Source of the DNA: an uncultured Fibrobacterota bacterium
GTDB taxonomy: Bacteria > Fibrobacterota > Chitinivibrionia > Chitinivibrionales > CAYFVL01
NCBI GenBank assembly: GCA_964586285.1
Contig: CAZPHU010000001.1
Coordinates: forward strand, 63,463-127,462
Direction: 5' to 3'
Length of the DNA stretch: 64,000 bases
Of this stretch, positions 27,024 through 35,121 are shown piece by piece. Numbering within the stretch: the stretch's first letter is position 1; the number at the start of each line of letters is the position of its first letter. A model generated the notes under the pieces. The model was not told where the DNA came from. It saw only the letters and a list, made by a program, of their open reading frames with translations, and made no database searches. Position numbers and translations under genes: made by a program.

Positions 27024-28043
27024 ATGATCAGGGAAGCCATAAAGAAGGTAATTGCCGGAAATAATCTCTCGCTTGAGGAGACGCGGATTGTTTTTGATGA
27101 AATCATGAGCGGAAAGGCGACAGGTGCTCAAATCGCGGCATTGATAGTGGCTATGAACATAAAGGGTGAGAGCGTCGACGAGATAACCGGCGCGGCTCAG
27201 ATTATGCGCGAAAAGGCAACGCGAATTGTCCCTAAAAACGATTCCGCCCTGGTGGATACCTGCGGCACCGGAGGTGATTCATCCGGTACGTTTAATATCT
27301 CCACCGCGGCAGCCTTTGTAGCCGCCGGTGCGGGAGCGACCGTGGCCAAGCACGGTAACCGATCGGTTTCCAGTAAAAGCGGCAGCGCCGATGTTCTGGA
27401 GGCTCTCGGGGTGAATATCTCGATCAGTCCCGAGAAGATGAAAGAGTGTTTGGATACCATCGGAATTGCATTTCTTTTTGCCCCGGCGATGCATGGAGCG
27501 ATGAAATACGCAATCGGCCCAAGAAAAGAAATCGGAGTGCGCACGATATTCAATATCCTGGGTCCTCTTACCAATCCTGCCGGAGCCACCAATCAGCTGC
27601 TGGGCGTGTTCTCTCCCAAGCTGACCGAACCTCTGGCCCATGTCCTTTGCAACCTTGGAAGCTCCAGGGCTTACGTAGTTCACGGGATGAACAGCATCGA
27701 TGAAGTTTCGCTTGCCTCGGAGACAAGAATCTCGGAGTTGAATGGAAAGTCGGTAAATACCTACACTGTTACACCAGAGGAATTCGGCCTGAAAAGATCG
27801 CCCGCCGAATCGGTCCTAGGCGGTGATGCTGAAGAAAACGCGGAAATAATCCGCAAGATTCTTTCGGGGAAGAAGGGCCCCTACAGAGATATCGTCATCT
27901 TTAACGCGGCGTTTGCGATAGTTGCCGCCGGCCTGGCCCAAAATCCGGTTGAAGGAATACTCAAGGCCCGGGAGGCTGTTGATTCCGGTGCGGCAGAATA
28001 TAAACTGACCTGCCTGATCGATCAAACGGCTTCTCTAGGCTAA
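27024..28043 (+). CDS. trpD: Anthranilate phosphoribosyltransferase
   Basis: The sequence DTCGTGGDSSGTFNISTAAAFVAAGAG..VAKHGNRSVSSKSGSADVLEALG is a canonical TrpD signature. Confidence 0.92.
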   Translation: MIREAIKKVIAGNNLSLEETRIVFDEIMSGKATGAQIAALIVAMNIKGESVDEITGAAQIMREKATRIVPKNDSALVDTCGTGGDSSGTFNISTAAAFVAAGAGATVAKHGNRSVSSKSGSADVLEALGVNISISPEKMKECLDTIGIAFLFAPAMHGAMKYAIGPRKEIGVRTIFNILGPLTNPAGATNQLLGVFSPKLTEPLAHVLCNLGSSRAYVVHGMNSIDEVSLASETRISELNGKSVNTYTVTPEEFGLKRSPAESVLGGDAEENAEIIRKILSGKKGPYRDIVIFNAAFAIVAAGLAQNPVEGILKAREAVDSGAAEYKLTCLIDQTASLG

Positions 28044-28131
28044 AACACCGTTGAGAGCAAGTGTTTTTCACGTCAGATCACACTTTTGCGGTTCGGGAAA
28101 ACCACTTTCCAAGCAGTAAAGACAGTCACTA

Positions 28132-28827
28132 CTACGAGCCGGGATAAAAACGGCGCATGAAAGCCGCCACCTCATCCAGCGGAATCTGCCCGGGCGCAAC
28201 CGACTCGACCGCAAACGAATAGGTTAATAGGGAACCGAAAAGAGGGGCTGTAACGCGAGAGATTGCCCCTTGCTCCCCCATCGCCATAGTAACTATAGGC
28301 GTTTCGGTATCCTGAGTGAAACGAAGCAGCCGGGTTACATCATCCCGACTACGTGCCGTAACCGCGATCTTAACGATATCAGCCCCCTGCTCTACAGCCT
28401 GGTCTACTATCTGATGAAGGGTTGCATCATCGGGTGTCTTTTGGAAATCATGCTCCGAAACAATAACCGTTTTTGTTTCAGCCGCCTCAATTACTTCTTT
28501 ATTTATATCGGCATCGATCTCAATATCGATTGCATCAACCGAGGGCAAAATTTTTTGGAAAAGAGCGAGACGATTCGCTTTCGTACGGATGTTTTCGCGA
28601 ATCGTGCCTATTATGGGCAGCCCCGACCACTCACGAACCCGATGTATGTAATCCACGGTTTTTTCTATATCCTGATCAAAACAGTCGACCCGCATCTCGA
28701 TTATCGACGCTCCCCTCGCACCCAGCGCGGAGATTTTTACTGCCTCCAGCTGACGATCGACCGCCACCACGATATGCGGTTTGTCTCCCAAAATGCAGGA
28801 ACCCAGTTTCAACTCTTTGCCTCTCAT
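28132..28827 (-). CDS. aroD: Type I 3-dehydroquinate dehydratase
   Basis: IEMRVD, IGTIR, VIVSEHDF and KIAV (Schiff-base Lys region) match type I AroD. The ATG at 28827 follows AAAGGAGAGGGG; the alternative ATG at 28842 overlaps the upstream stop. Confidence 0.85.
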   Translation of the reverse strand: MRGKELKLGSCILGDKPHIVVAVDRQLEAVKISALGARGASIIEMRVDCFDQDIEKTVDYIHRVREWSGLPIIGTIRENIRTKANRLALFQKILPSVDAIDIEIDADINKEVIEAAETKTVIVSEHDFQKTPDDATLHQIVDQAVEQGADIVKIAVTARSRDDVTRLLRFTQDTETPIVTMAMGEQGAISRVTAPLFGSLLTYSFAVESVAPGQIPLDEVAAFMRRFYPGS

Positions 28828-28838
28828 CCCCTCTCCTT

Positions 28839-29819
28839 TCATGATTCCAACTTAAGCATTTGCGCCGCCCGATTATCCAGATACTCCGTAAGACCTCTTG
28901 GTATCCGAGACATCATGCCCGATTCCTCCCACACCTCCGGGCTTTCCATGCACAGATAGAGTGTGGTTTGTGCAGCCCTCCTTTCCACCTCCTCCCGGAT
29001 CGCCCGGTAAAAAGCAGTTCGCACAGGTCTCACATATCGATATTTGCGGTCTTGTCCAAGAACCAGCTCTCCCGAGAAAAGCGGCAGATGCATCAATTGT
29101 TTTTTGAGACGGCTCTTAAGCTCCGGCATCGATCGAAACGCTCCGACACTCCACCATGCGATTCGGGACGGATCGCCTATAGTGTCTAAAATGCGGTTGA
29201 CTACCATTCGGTAATCGGGTTCCCACTGAGCATACCAAACCATCGGGTCGAAATGGAAAGCCACCCAGAAGCCCTGCTCTACACACCATCTGGCTGCCTT
29301 CAAGCGCTCATCCAGGGAGCTTGTACCAGCTTCAAGCACTTGGATCATTTCCGGAGTGTTTATCGAAAACCCAACCACTACCTTCTCCTTATGTCTGATA
29401 TCTTCAAGCAAGTGGACGAAGGTACTCTTCTTGGTTTTAAACTCAACCAGCACATTGGCATAGGGCTCCAGAAGGGATGCGATCCTCTTACATATTCCCA
29501 GTTTGGGCTCCAGGTACAAACTGTCGGCGAACTCACCCGTTCCGAATCGCACCACCCCCGAACGCGAGGCCATTTTTTCTCTTATCTCGTGCTCCATATC
29601 ATTAAGATTGGTATAGCAGACCTGATGGTCGTGATTGAAGTAGGCCTGAAGCACGCAGTAGGTGCAATACATGCCGCAGCCTGTAACCGGTGTTATTATC
29701 TGATATCCGCAACAGATATAATCCCCGGTGGTTCCCGGGCAGGGTTTCCAGAACTCGCCTTCGAAGCGCTTGCTCTCCAGGATGTTTCTTTCACGTATCA
29801 GATGTTGGCACGGTTTCAA
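28839..29819 (-). CDS. Spore-photoproduct-lyase-family (SplB/COG1533-like) radical SAM protein
   Basis: KPCPGTTGDYICCGYQIITPVTGCGMYCTYCVLQAY contains a CxxxCxxC cluster in the context typical of SPL-family proteins. Length is 326 aa. Confidence 0.7.
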   Translation of the reverse strand: MKPCQHLIRERNILESKRFEGEFWKPCPGTTGDYICCGYQIITPVTGCGMYCTYCVLQAYFNHDHQVCYTNLNDMEHEIREKMASRSGVVRFGTGEFADSLYLEPKLGICKRIASLLEPYANVLVEFKTKKSTFVHLLEDIRHKEKVVVGFSINTPEMIQVLEAGTSSLDERLKAARWCVEQGFWVAFHFDPMVWYAQWEPDYRMVVNRILDTIGDPSRIAWWSVGAFRSMPELKSRLKKQLMHLPLFSGELVLGQDRKYRYVRPVRTAFYRAIREEVERRAAQTTLYLCMESPEVWEESGMMSRIPRGLTEYLDNRAAQMLKLES

Positions 29820-30027
29820 ACTTCGTCCTTTTGTTTTTGCAGTTGAGCACGCCGAACAAAAATACGTCTAAGCAACAAACATTTGCCATAACCGTATTTT
29901 TCAAACAGTTTTGTTTTGCGATGAAACTAAAACAATGAATTATTTTACATGACACATTGGAACAGATTTTGGTTCAAACCGATCCTTAAAAACTACTTCG
30001 GTTGCTTTGAGGTGGAGAGAGGTAGCT

Positions 30028-30783
30028 ATGTTTAATCTCGTTGTCGGACCGGGGGTAAAAACGGCGGCACTGTTTATGTCAGTTATGGCGACTCTTGCCT
30101 TTGGTGCTCCCATGATAGAGGTGGACAGTGCCGATTACAACGTTGGTGTTATCCAGGAGGGTAGTGTCAAGGTTGTGAAGCACGATTTCAAGATCCGAAA
30201 CACGGGCGACAAACCGTTGAAGATCGAGAAAGTGAGCCCCGGCTGAGGCTGCGCAGTGATCGGATTCGATTCGATTATCCCGCCCGGTCGGGTGGGAACA
30301 GTGAGTCAACAAATCGATATCAGCAATATGCATGGCGGTAATTTCAAAAAAGGAGTGACCGTCAAATCCAATGCTAAAAACCATAACATTTTACGTCTGT
30401 ATCTGGGTGGATCGATAAAGCCGTTTGTCGGAGTGGATAAAAGCTATATTCGGCTTAAAAGCACGGCAAACGATTCAGAGATAGTAAAACTTGAATCTCA
30501 GAAGAGCGATTTGAAAATAAAAGAGGTGATTTTCAATCCGGACAAAAGCGATCACAGCACGCCTCTCTGGGCTGCAAATACGCCGCTTGTCATGAATTAT
30601 TCCCTGAAAAAGGAGCCCGAGGTCAAGGGTAGCGGAGGGTATGAGAAGTACACGCTTATCCTTAAAACTGCCTCACCGGTGGATTTTACGCGCCATGGAA
30701 GGTTTCTGATCAAGACGAATCACCCCAAACGTAAGGAGATTCAGATCAGAGGAATGATTCAGGCGAAAAGCGAACACAGGTAA
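30028..30783 (+). CDS. DUF1573-type secreted protein with a single in-frame TGA (30244-30246). It is either a candidate selenoprotein or a pseudogene.
   Basis: The two track ORFs (30007-30246 and 30256-30783) share one frame. The joined product has a signal peptide and reads NTGDKPLKIEKVSPG-[TGA]-GCAVIGFDSIIPPGRVGTV, which matches the DUF1573 signature NTG..PL.I..V..SCGCT...I.PG..G.I. Confidence 0.5.
30279..30296 (+). other. Candidate SECIS-like hairpin CCCGCCC-GGUC-GGGUGGG
   Basis: The hairpin has a 7-bp stem (one G-U pair) and a GGUC tetraloop, the same apical loop sequence as the E. coli fdhF SECIS. The stem starts 32 nt after the UGA. Confidence 0.3.
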
Positions 30784-30807
30784 GTCGTTTTTTTCGGCAA
30801 GATGCAG

Positions 30808-30866
30808 GGACGCGCGGCTGCGCGTCCGAAAGACCCACGGCCGCGCAGCCTCAAAAGCGCGGCCGT
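30808..30866 (+). terminator. Two consecutive GC-rich hairpins after the DUF1573 gene, with an alternative pairing between them
   Basis: Hairpin 1 is GGACGCGC-GGCT-GCGCGTCC (30808-30827). Hairpin 2 is ACGGCCGCGC-N10-GCGCGGCCGT (30837-30866), followed by TTGCATATT. GGCTGCGCG (30816-30824) can instead pair with CGCGCAGCC (30842-30850). Confidence 0.35.
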
Positions 30867-30969
30867 TTGCATATTAACGCTGTCGTCGATCAAAGACACG
30901 GCGCCGGCGTATCAGTATGATTTGATCCGTTTTTTTCCGGATAAACAATCGTAAAAAGGGGGAATCCGG

Positions 30970-31929
30970 GTGAGCAGAAAGGCGTTTACTCATCTTTTCG
31001 GACCTGTGAACTCAAGGCGGCTGGGAATAAGCCTTGGCGTGGATGTTGTTTCTTTCAAGACCTGTTCTCTGGATTGTATTTACTGTGAGTGCGGTGCTAC
31101 AACCTTACATACGCTGCAGCGGGCCGAATATGTACCGGTTAGCGAAATCCTCGGTGAGCTTGAGCAGTACCTTAGAGACAAGCCTAACCTGGATGTAATT
31201 ACATTTGCGGGAAGTGGTGAGCCGACACTAAACAGCGGTCTGGGAGAGATGATCGAGTTTGTTAAAACCAACTACCCTCGGTATTCAGTCGCTGTTTTAA
31301 CCAACAGCACCTTGCTGCACCTTCCAAAGGTGAGAGAGGAACTTTTGGCCGCCGATTTCGTACTTCCCTCTCTGGATGCGGTTTCGCCGGAAGTGTTTGG
31401 AAAGATAAACAAACCGGCCCTGCATCTTACCCCCCAAATGGTTGTGGAGGGGCTGAGAGAGTTTTCTCATCAGTTCAAGGGAAATCTTTGGGTGGAAGTT
31501 TTCGTAGCCGAAGGAATAAACGACTCGGAGCAGGAACTGGGACTGCTTAAGGATGCTCTTCTGAGCATGAAACTTACCCGAGTCCAGCTCAACAGTCTCG
31601 ATCGGCCCGGAACCTGCGGCTGGGTTGCTCCGATTTCTCCCCAAAAACTCGAACAGATAGCCGCTTTCTTCCAACCTCTTCCGGTAGAGATTATCGCGCG
31701 CAATATGAAAGAAATACCCGTTCACACCACGGATGAGCTTGATACAGCCCGCGTGTTGGCGTTTCTGTCGCGACGGCCCGCGCCGGTAGAAGAGCTGGCG
31801 ACAGCTCTTGGAGCCAGCATCAATGAAGTCGTTCGATTCCTCATATCTCTGGAAAAGCAGGGAAAAGTCTCCCCCCACCGAATCGGTACGAGAACGATTT
31901 ATAAGCTGGAGAATGCGCAAAAGGAGTAA
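30970..31929 (+). CDS. Radical SAM protein with a C-terminal winged-helix-like domain
   Basis: LFGPVNSRRLGISLGVDVVSFKTCSLDCIYCECG contains a CxxxCxxC cluster. The GTG start lies 6 nt after GGGGGA. The C-terminus, LSRRPAPVEELATALGASINEVVRFLISLEKQGKV, looks like wHTH. Confidence 0.8.
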   Translation: MSRKAFTHLFGPVNSRRLGISLGVDVVSFKTCSLDCIYCECGATTLHTLQRAEYVPVSEILGELEQYLRDKPNLDVITFAGSGEPTLNSGLGEMIEFVKTNYPRYSVAVLTNSTLLHLPKVREELLAADFVLPSLDAVSPEVFGKINKPALHLTPQMVVEGLREFSHQFKGNLWVEVFVAEGINDSEQELGLLKDALLSMKLTRVQLNSLDRPGTCGWVAPISPQKLEQIAAFFQPLPVEIIARNMKEIPVHTTDELDTARVLAFLSRRPAPVEELATALGASINEVVRFLISLEKQGKVSPHRIGTRTIYKLENAQKE

Positions 31930-32103
31930 CTGCTCGTTTTTTCTCCACACCTAACAGTGGGTTTGAGGTTTAAAAATCAATATCAATACCGAATCTTGCC
32001 GATTGTTCAGGGATTATTAATGAAATTTCAGCGCACTGCCGATATACTTAGATAAGCCGGTTTTGTCGATTATCTTCGCTGTATTAAGGTTCAATAACAA
32101 TTG

Positions 32104-35049
32104 ATGGTGTTACAGGTGCGGAAAATTCATTCCATACTCTCTTATGGACAAATATCTCTATGGGCACTGTTAGTACTTTCTCAAACAGCCTGGGGTGGGC
32201 TGTCTTTTGACGGACTCACCGACATACGCGGTCGCAACGGCGGCCAAAGTGTCGCGAGCTTCCTGACCCTTCCGGCCGGCGCCGCTCTTCTGGGCTCCAA
32301 TATGATCGCCGTCACAGGAACATCCGACGCCTCCGATGTATATTGGGCTCCTGCGAACACCGCGTTTTTTAACGAACACACTTTCGGTGCATCCCATCTG
32401 GAGTGGTTGATGGGCCTTAGAAAAGAGTTCGCGGCGGCGAGTTTCTTTTTGCTCGACATAGGTACCATTGGAGTATATTCACAGGTTTTTACGGTCGGAC
32501 CATTTGATCACGCCCGTACAATCGAGGAAACCAGGTCTCAACCTCGAGCGATGGAATACACCGTAGGAGGCTCATTCAGCCGCATGCTGATACCGCGAAC
32601 CCTGGCGGCCGGGCTGCAAATTTCATTTCTGGAAAGCAGACTGGACAACCGCGTCGCACGCGCGCTGAGCGCCGACATGGACATCCAACACAGGCTCTTG
32701 GAGCAGCTAACATATCGCTTCTATGCTAAGCACATAGGCTCTCCCCTGACCTACTCAAACGAATCCGAACAGCTTCCCTTTGTGACTGGTTTTGCCTCAA
32801 AATTTTCATCCCGATCACACGAGGATACCCTTAAACCCGACTTTATTACCTGGGAGATCTCGGGCGGTGTTCGAAAACAAATAGATGAGCCTTTGAAGGC
32901 GGCAATAGGAGCCGCCCTGAAACTCGGGCCCCATCTCACCTTCCGTTCGGGCTACGAACACTCTTACGGCTACGAATACTCACTGGAAGGTTTGAGTGCT
33001 GGGCTGGGACTGGATTACAAAAGATACGGCATAGATGTCGGCTGGAAAAATCAGTCGCGGGAGTTCGGGCCGGTATGGGCGGTGACTGTTCGTTACCGGA
33101 CCGAAGAGCTGATTCCCAAAAACGCCGAGGATTATTATCGCATAGCCCGCAAGCATCTTAACAAAAAACGCTACCGCTCGGCCGTCCGCTACGCAAAAAG
33201 ATCTCTCAGGGTAAACCCAAATTTCTGGCAGGCTCATCAACTTATCAATGAGACGATTTCTCTTGTACAAAGGAGCCGGGGTACCGAGATAGGATTGATC
33301 TATACGGGCAATATTGGCGGTCAATTTCTGCCTGTTGTCGCCGACGAAACCAGCCTGGGCGGTCTCAGCCGTATAGCATCGGTGGTGCAATCGCTTCGCC
33401 GAGCGTATCCGGTGTCCATCGCGCTGGAGACGGGTAACCTCATAAAAAAAAGATCTCACCCGCTGAAAGCGGCTGCTGCGGATACCTATCTCAGAGAGGT
33501 TGATTTTGACGCCCATGCTCTTGGTGAGGCGGAGCTTGCTTACGGAATAGAAGAATACGGAGGTACAACCGACGGATCGAAGGCAACCTTTGTCTGTACC
33601 AACTGCGGGGGTCCCGATTCGGACGACCTGATTCGCAGCCGTATTCTTACTCCCGGCAAGTATAGGATAGCCGTTCTTTCCGTGATAGATGATCAAAAAA
33701 ACAGTCAATTGGTAAGCTGCCGGAGCGCTCTTCGCAGCCGGCTTTCTCTTCCCGCGATCTCCTCAGCAGATTTACGTATAGTCATATTCCACGGATCTTG
33801 GGATGTGGTGTCGAGGCAAATAGGATCGTTCAAAGATATTGACATAGCAATAGCCGGATCGCTTGAACAGAAGTTTGACCTGCCTATGAAAATCGGCAAC
33901 ACAAAGATTTTGTCGGCCGGATCGCTTGGCCGTCATGTGGGGCTTCTTCGTTTGCGCTTTGACGAGAAGAAGAGCCTTATCGGTTTTTCCAACAAGCTCA
34001 TTCCGGTAACCTCCGACATCGAGCCAAACCAACGAATCGAAAAAGAGATCACCCGACTTACTGCACAGACAAATCTTATGGAACAGGGAAGCTCAATTGG
34101 AGTCGGAGGTAATTCCGATACCACCGGTCTGTTAACATTCCTCTCCGACCGTCACGGCAGACCTCATGTATTTCTCAAGGTGATGCGCAAACATGCCGAA
34201 TTTCCACTGACAACCGGCAAAAGCTCCTACGGATGCTACGCTTCGGCCTTTTCGACTGGAAAGATCGCCGCCGTTTCCGACACACAAAACGACAGCACCG
34301 CGATTATCATGGACTTGACTGGTTCGAACAAGCGCAAAACATCTTTACGTAAGGTTACTTCCCTGTCCTTTGGCCCCAGGGGTAAACACCTGTACGCGGC
34401 AACCCGCACCGACAGCTCATCATCATTATATCGAGTTTTTCAGGACGGTACCGATAGGACTCTTCTTTTAACCGGGCCCTATTCAGCTATCCGGAACCTG
34501 TCTTTTTCCCCCGAGGGTTTGCTGGCATTCAGCGCCTTCACCGAGGATCGTTATCATGTGTTCATTACAGATACCTCCTCATGGAAACCGCTGCGCATAA
34601 GCGAGGCTCGGGCCGATCATGTCGGGCCTTTGTTCAGTCCAAATGGGAGATATCTTTCATGGATGTCGGACGAATATAATTTCGGCGGCCGTAAAGACCT
34701 TTGGATACACGACAGGCATACAGGTATCACGGTACCCATAACGCGTAGAACAGCGCTTTCATCATATCGCTGGATCGACAATCGCAACATAGTATATGCA
34801 TCCGGTCAAAACATGCAGTCTCTGTATAAAGTCGACATTTTCAGTCGTGAAAGCTCCCCCCTGATTGCACGCAGAATCGACAAGCCTTATCAGGAGCACT
34901 CACCTCGGCTTCTGCGAACAGCCGGGGGATTGAAGATCGTTTACACCCGAGAATATCGTAATGGTAAACGCGAAATTTACATGGTAAATCCCGACGGCGG
35001 CGAAGAAGAAAGAATCGTAAACAGCGCCGGCTCCGACTGGCTGGAGTAA
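32104..35049 (+). CDS. Multidomain envelope protein: N-terminal beta-barrel-like domain, TPR, degenerate metallophosphatase/5'-nucleotidase-like domain, and C-terminal TolB-like PD40 beta-propeller
   Basis: It has a signal peptide. The N-terminal domain carries ASFLTLPAGAALLGSNM...ANTAFF, which is PorV/UPF0164-like. A TPR segment follows (YYRIARKHLNKKRYRSAVRYAKRSLRVNPNF). IGLIYTGNIGGQ and ETGNLI stand in place of the metallophosphatase HTND.HG and GD motifs. PD40-like repeats follow (SFSPEGLLAFSA, FSPNGRYLSWMS, REIYMVNPDGGEEERI). Confidence 0.65.
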   Translation: MVLQVRKIHSILSYGQISLWALLVLSQTAWGGLSFDGLTDIRGRNGGQSVASFLTLPAGAALLGSNMIAVTGTSDASDVYWAPANTAFFNEHTFGASHLEWLMGLRKEFAAASFFLLDIGTIGVYSQVFTVGPFDHARTIEETRSQPRAMEYTVGGSFSRMLIPRTLAAGLQISFLESRLDNRVARALSADMDIQHRLLEQLTYRFYAKHIGSPLTYSNESEQLPFVTGFASKFSSRSHEDTLKPDFITWEISGGVRKQIDEPLKAAIGAALKLGPHLTFRSGYEHSYGYEYSLEGLSAGLGLDYKRYGIDVGWKNQSREFGPVWAVTVRYRTEELIPKNAEDYYRIARKHLNKKRYRSAVRYAKRSLRVNPNFWQAHQLINETISLVQRSRGTEIGLIYTGNIGGQFLPVVADETSLGGLSRIASVVQSLRRAYPVSIALETGNLIKKRSHPLKAAAADTYLREVDFDAHALGEAELAYGIEEYGGTTDGSKATFVCTNCGGPDSDDLIRSRILTPGKYRIAVLSVIDDQKNSQLVSCRSALRSRLSLPAISSADLRIVIFHGSWDVVSRQIGSFKDIDIAIAGSLEQKFDLPMKIGNTKILSAGSLGRHVGLLRLRFDEKKSLIGFSNKLIPVTSDIEPNQRIEKEITRLTAQTNLMEQGSSIGVGGNSDTTGLLTFLSDRHGRPHVFLKVMRKHAEFPLTTGKSSYGCYASAFSTGKIAAVSDTQNDSTAIIMDLTGSNKRKTSLRKVTSLSFGPRGKHLYAATRTDSSSSLYRVFQDGTDRTLLLTGPYSAIRNLSFSPEGLLAFSAFTEDRYHVFITDTSSWKPLRISEARADHVGPLFSPNGRYLSWMSDEYNFGGRKDLWIHDRHTGITVPITRRTALSSYRWIDNRNIVYASGQNMQSLYKVDIFSRESSPLIARRIDKPYQEHSPRLLRTAGGLKIVYTREYRNGKREIYMVNPDGGEEERIVNSAGSDWLE

Positions 35050-35121
35050 GGCGCCGGCTTTCGACTCGGGCTTACAGGCGCAGAGAAAATGGCCGAGGGC
35101 TTTGCCGAATTCGGCGTACAC

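Noticed and set aside
29802-29822. TGGCAC sequences (here TTGGCACGGTTTCAAAC, and also at 16716-16721) as possible sigma54 -24 elements.
   Set aside because: No TTGC/-12 element lies at the correct 5-nt spacing. The first site sits at the 5' end of a minus-strand CDS, in the wrong orientation.
28270-29846. Long plus-strand ORFs (229, 123, 109 and 197 aa) across aroD and the SPL-like gene.
   Set aside because: They are antisense shadows of two genes with strong motif evidence. Their products are Arg/Pro/Ser-rich, without motifs.
31297-33708. Minus-strand ORFs of 217 aa (31297-31950) and 242 aa (32980-33708).
   Set aside because: They lie opposite the radical-SAM gene and the 982-aa gene respectively. 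They have no SD, and their composition is typical of antisense frames of coding DNA.
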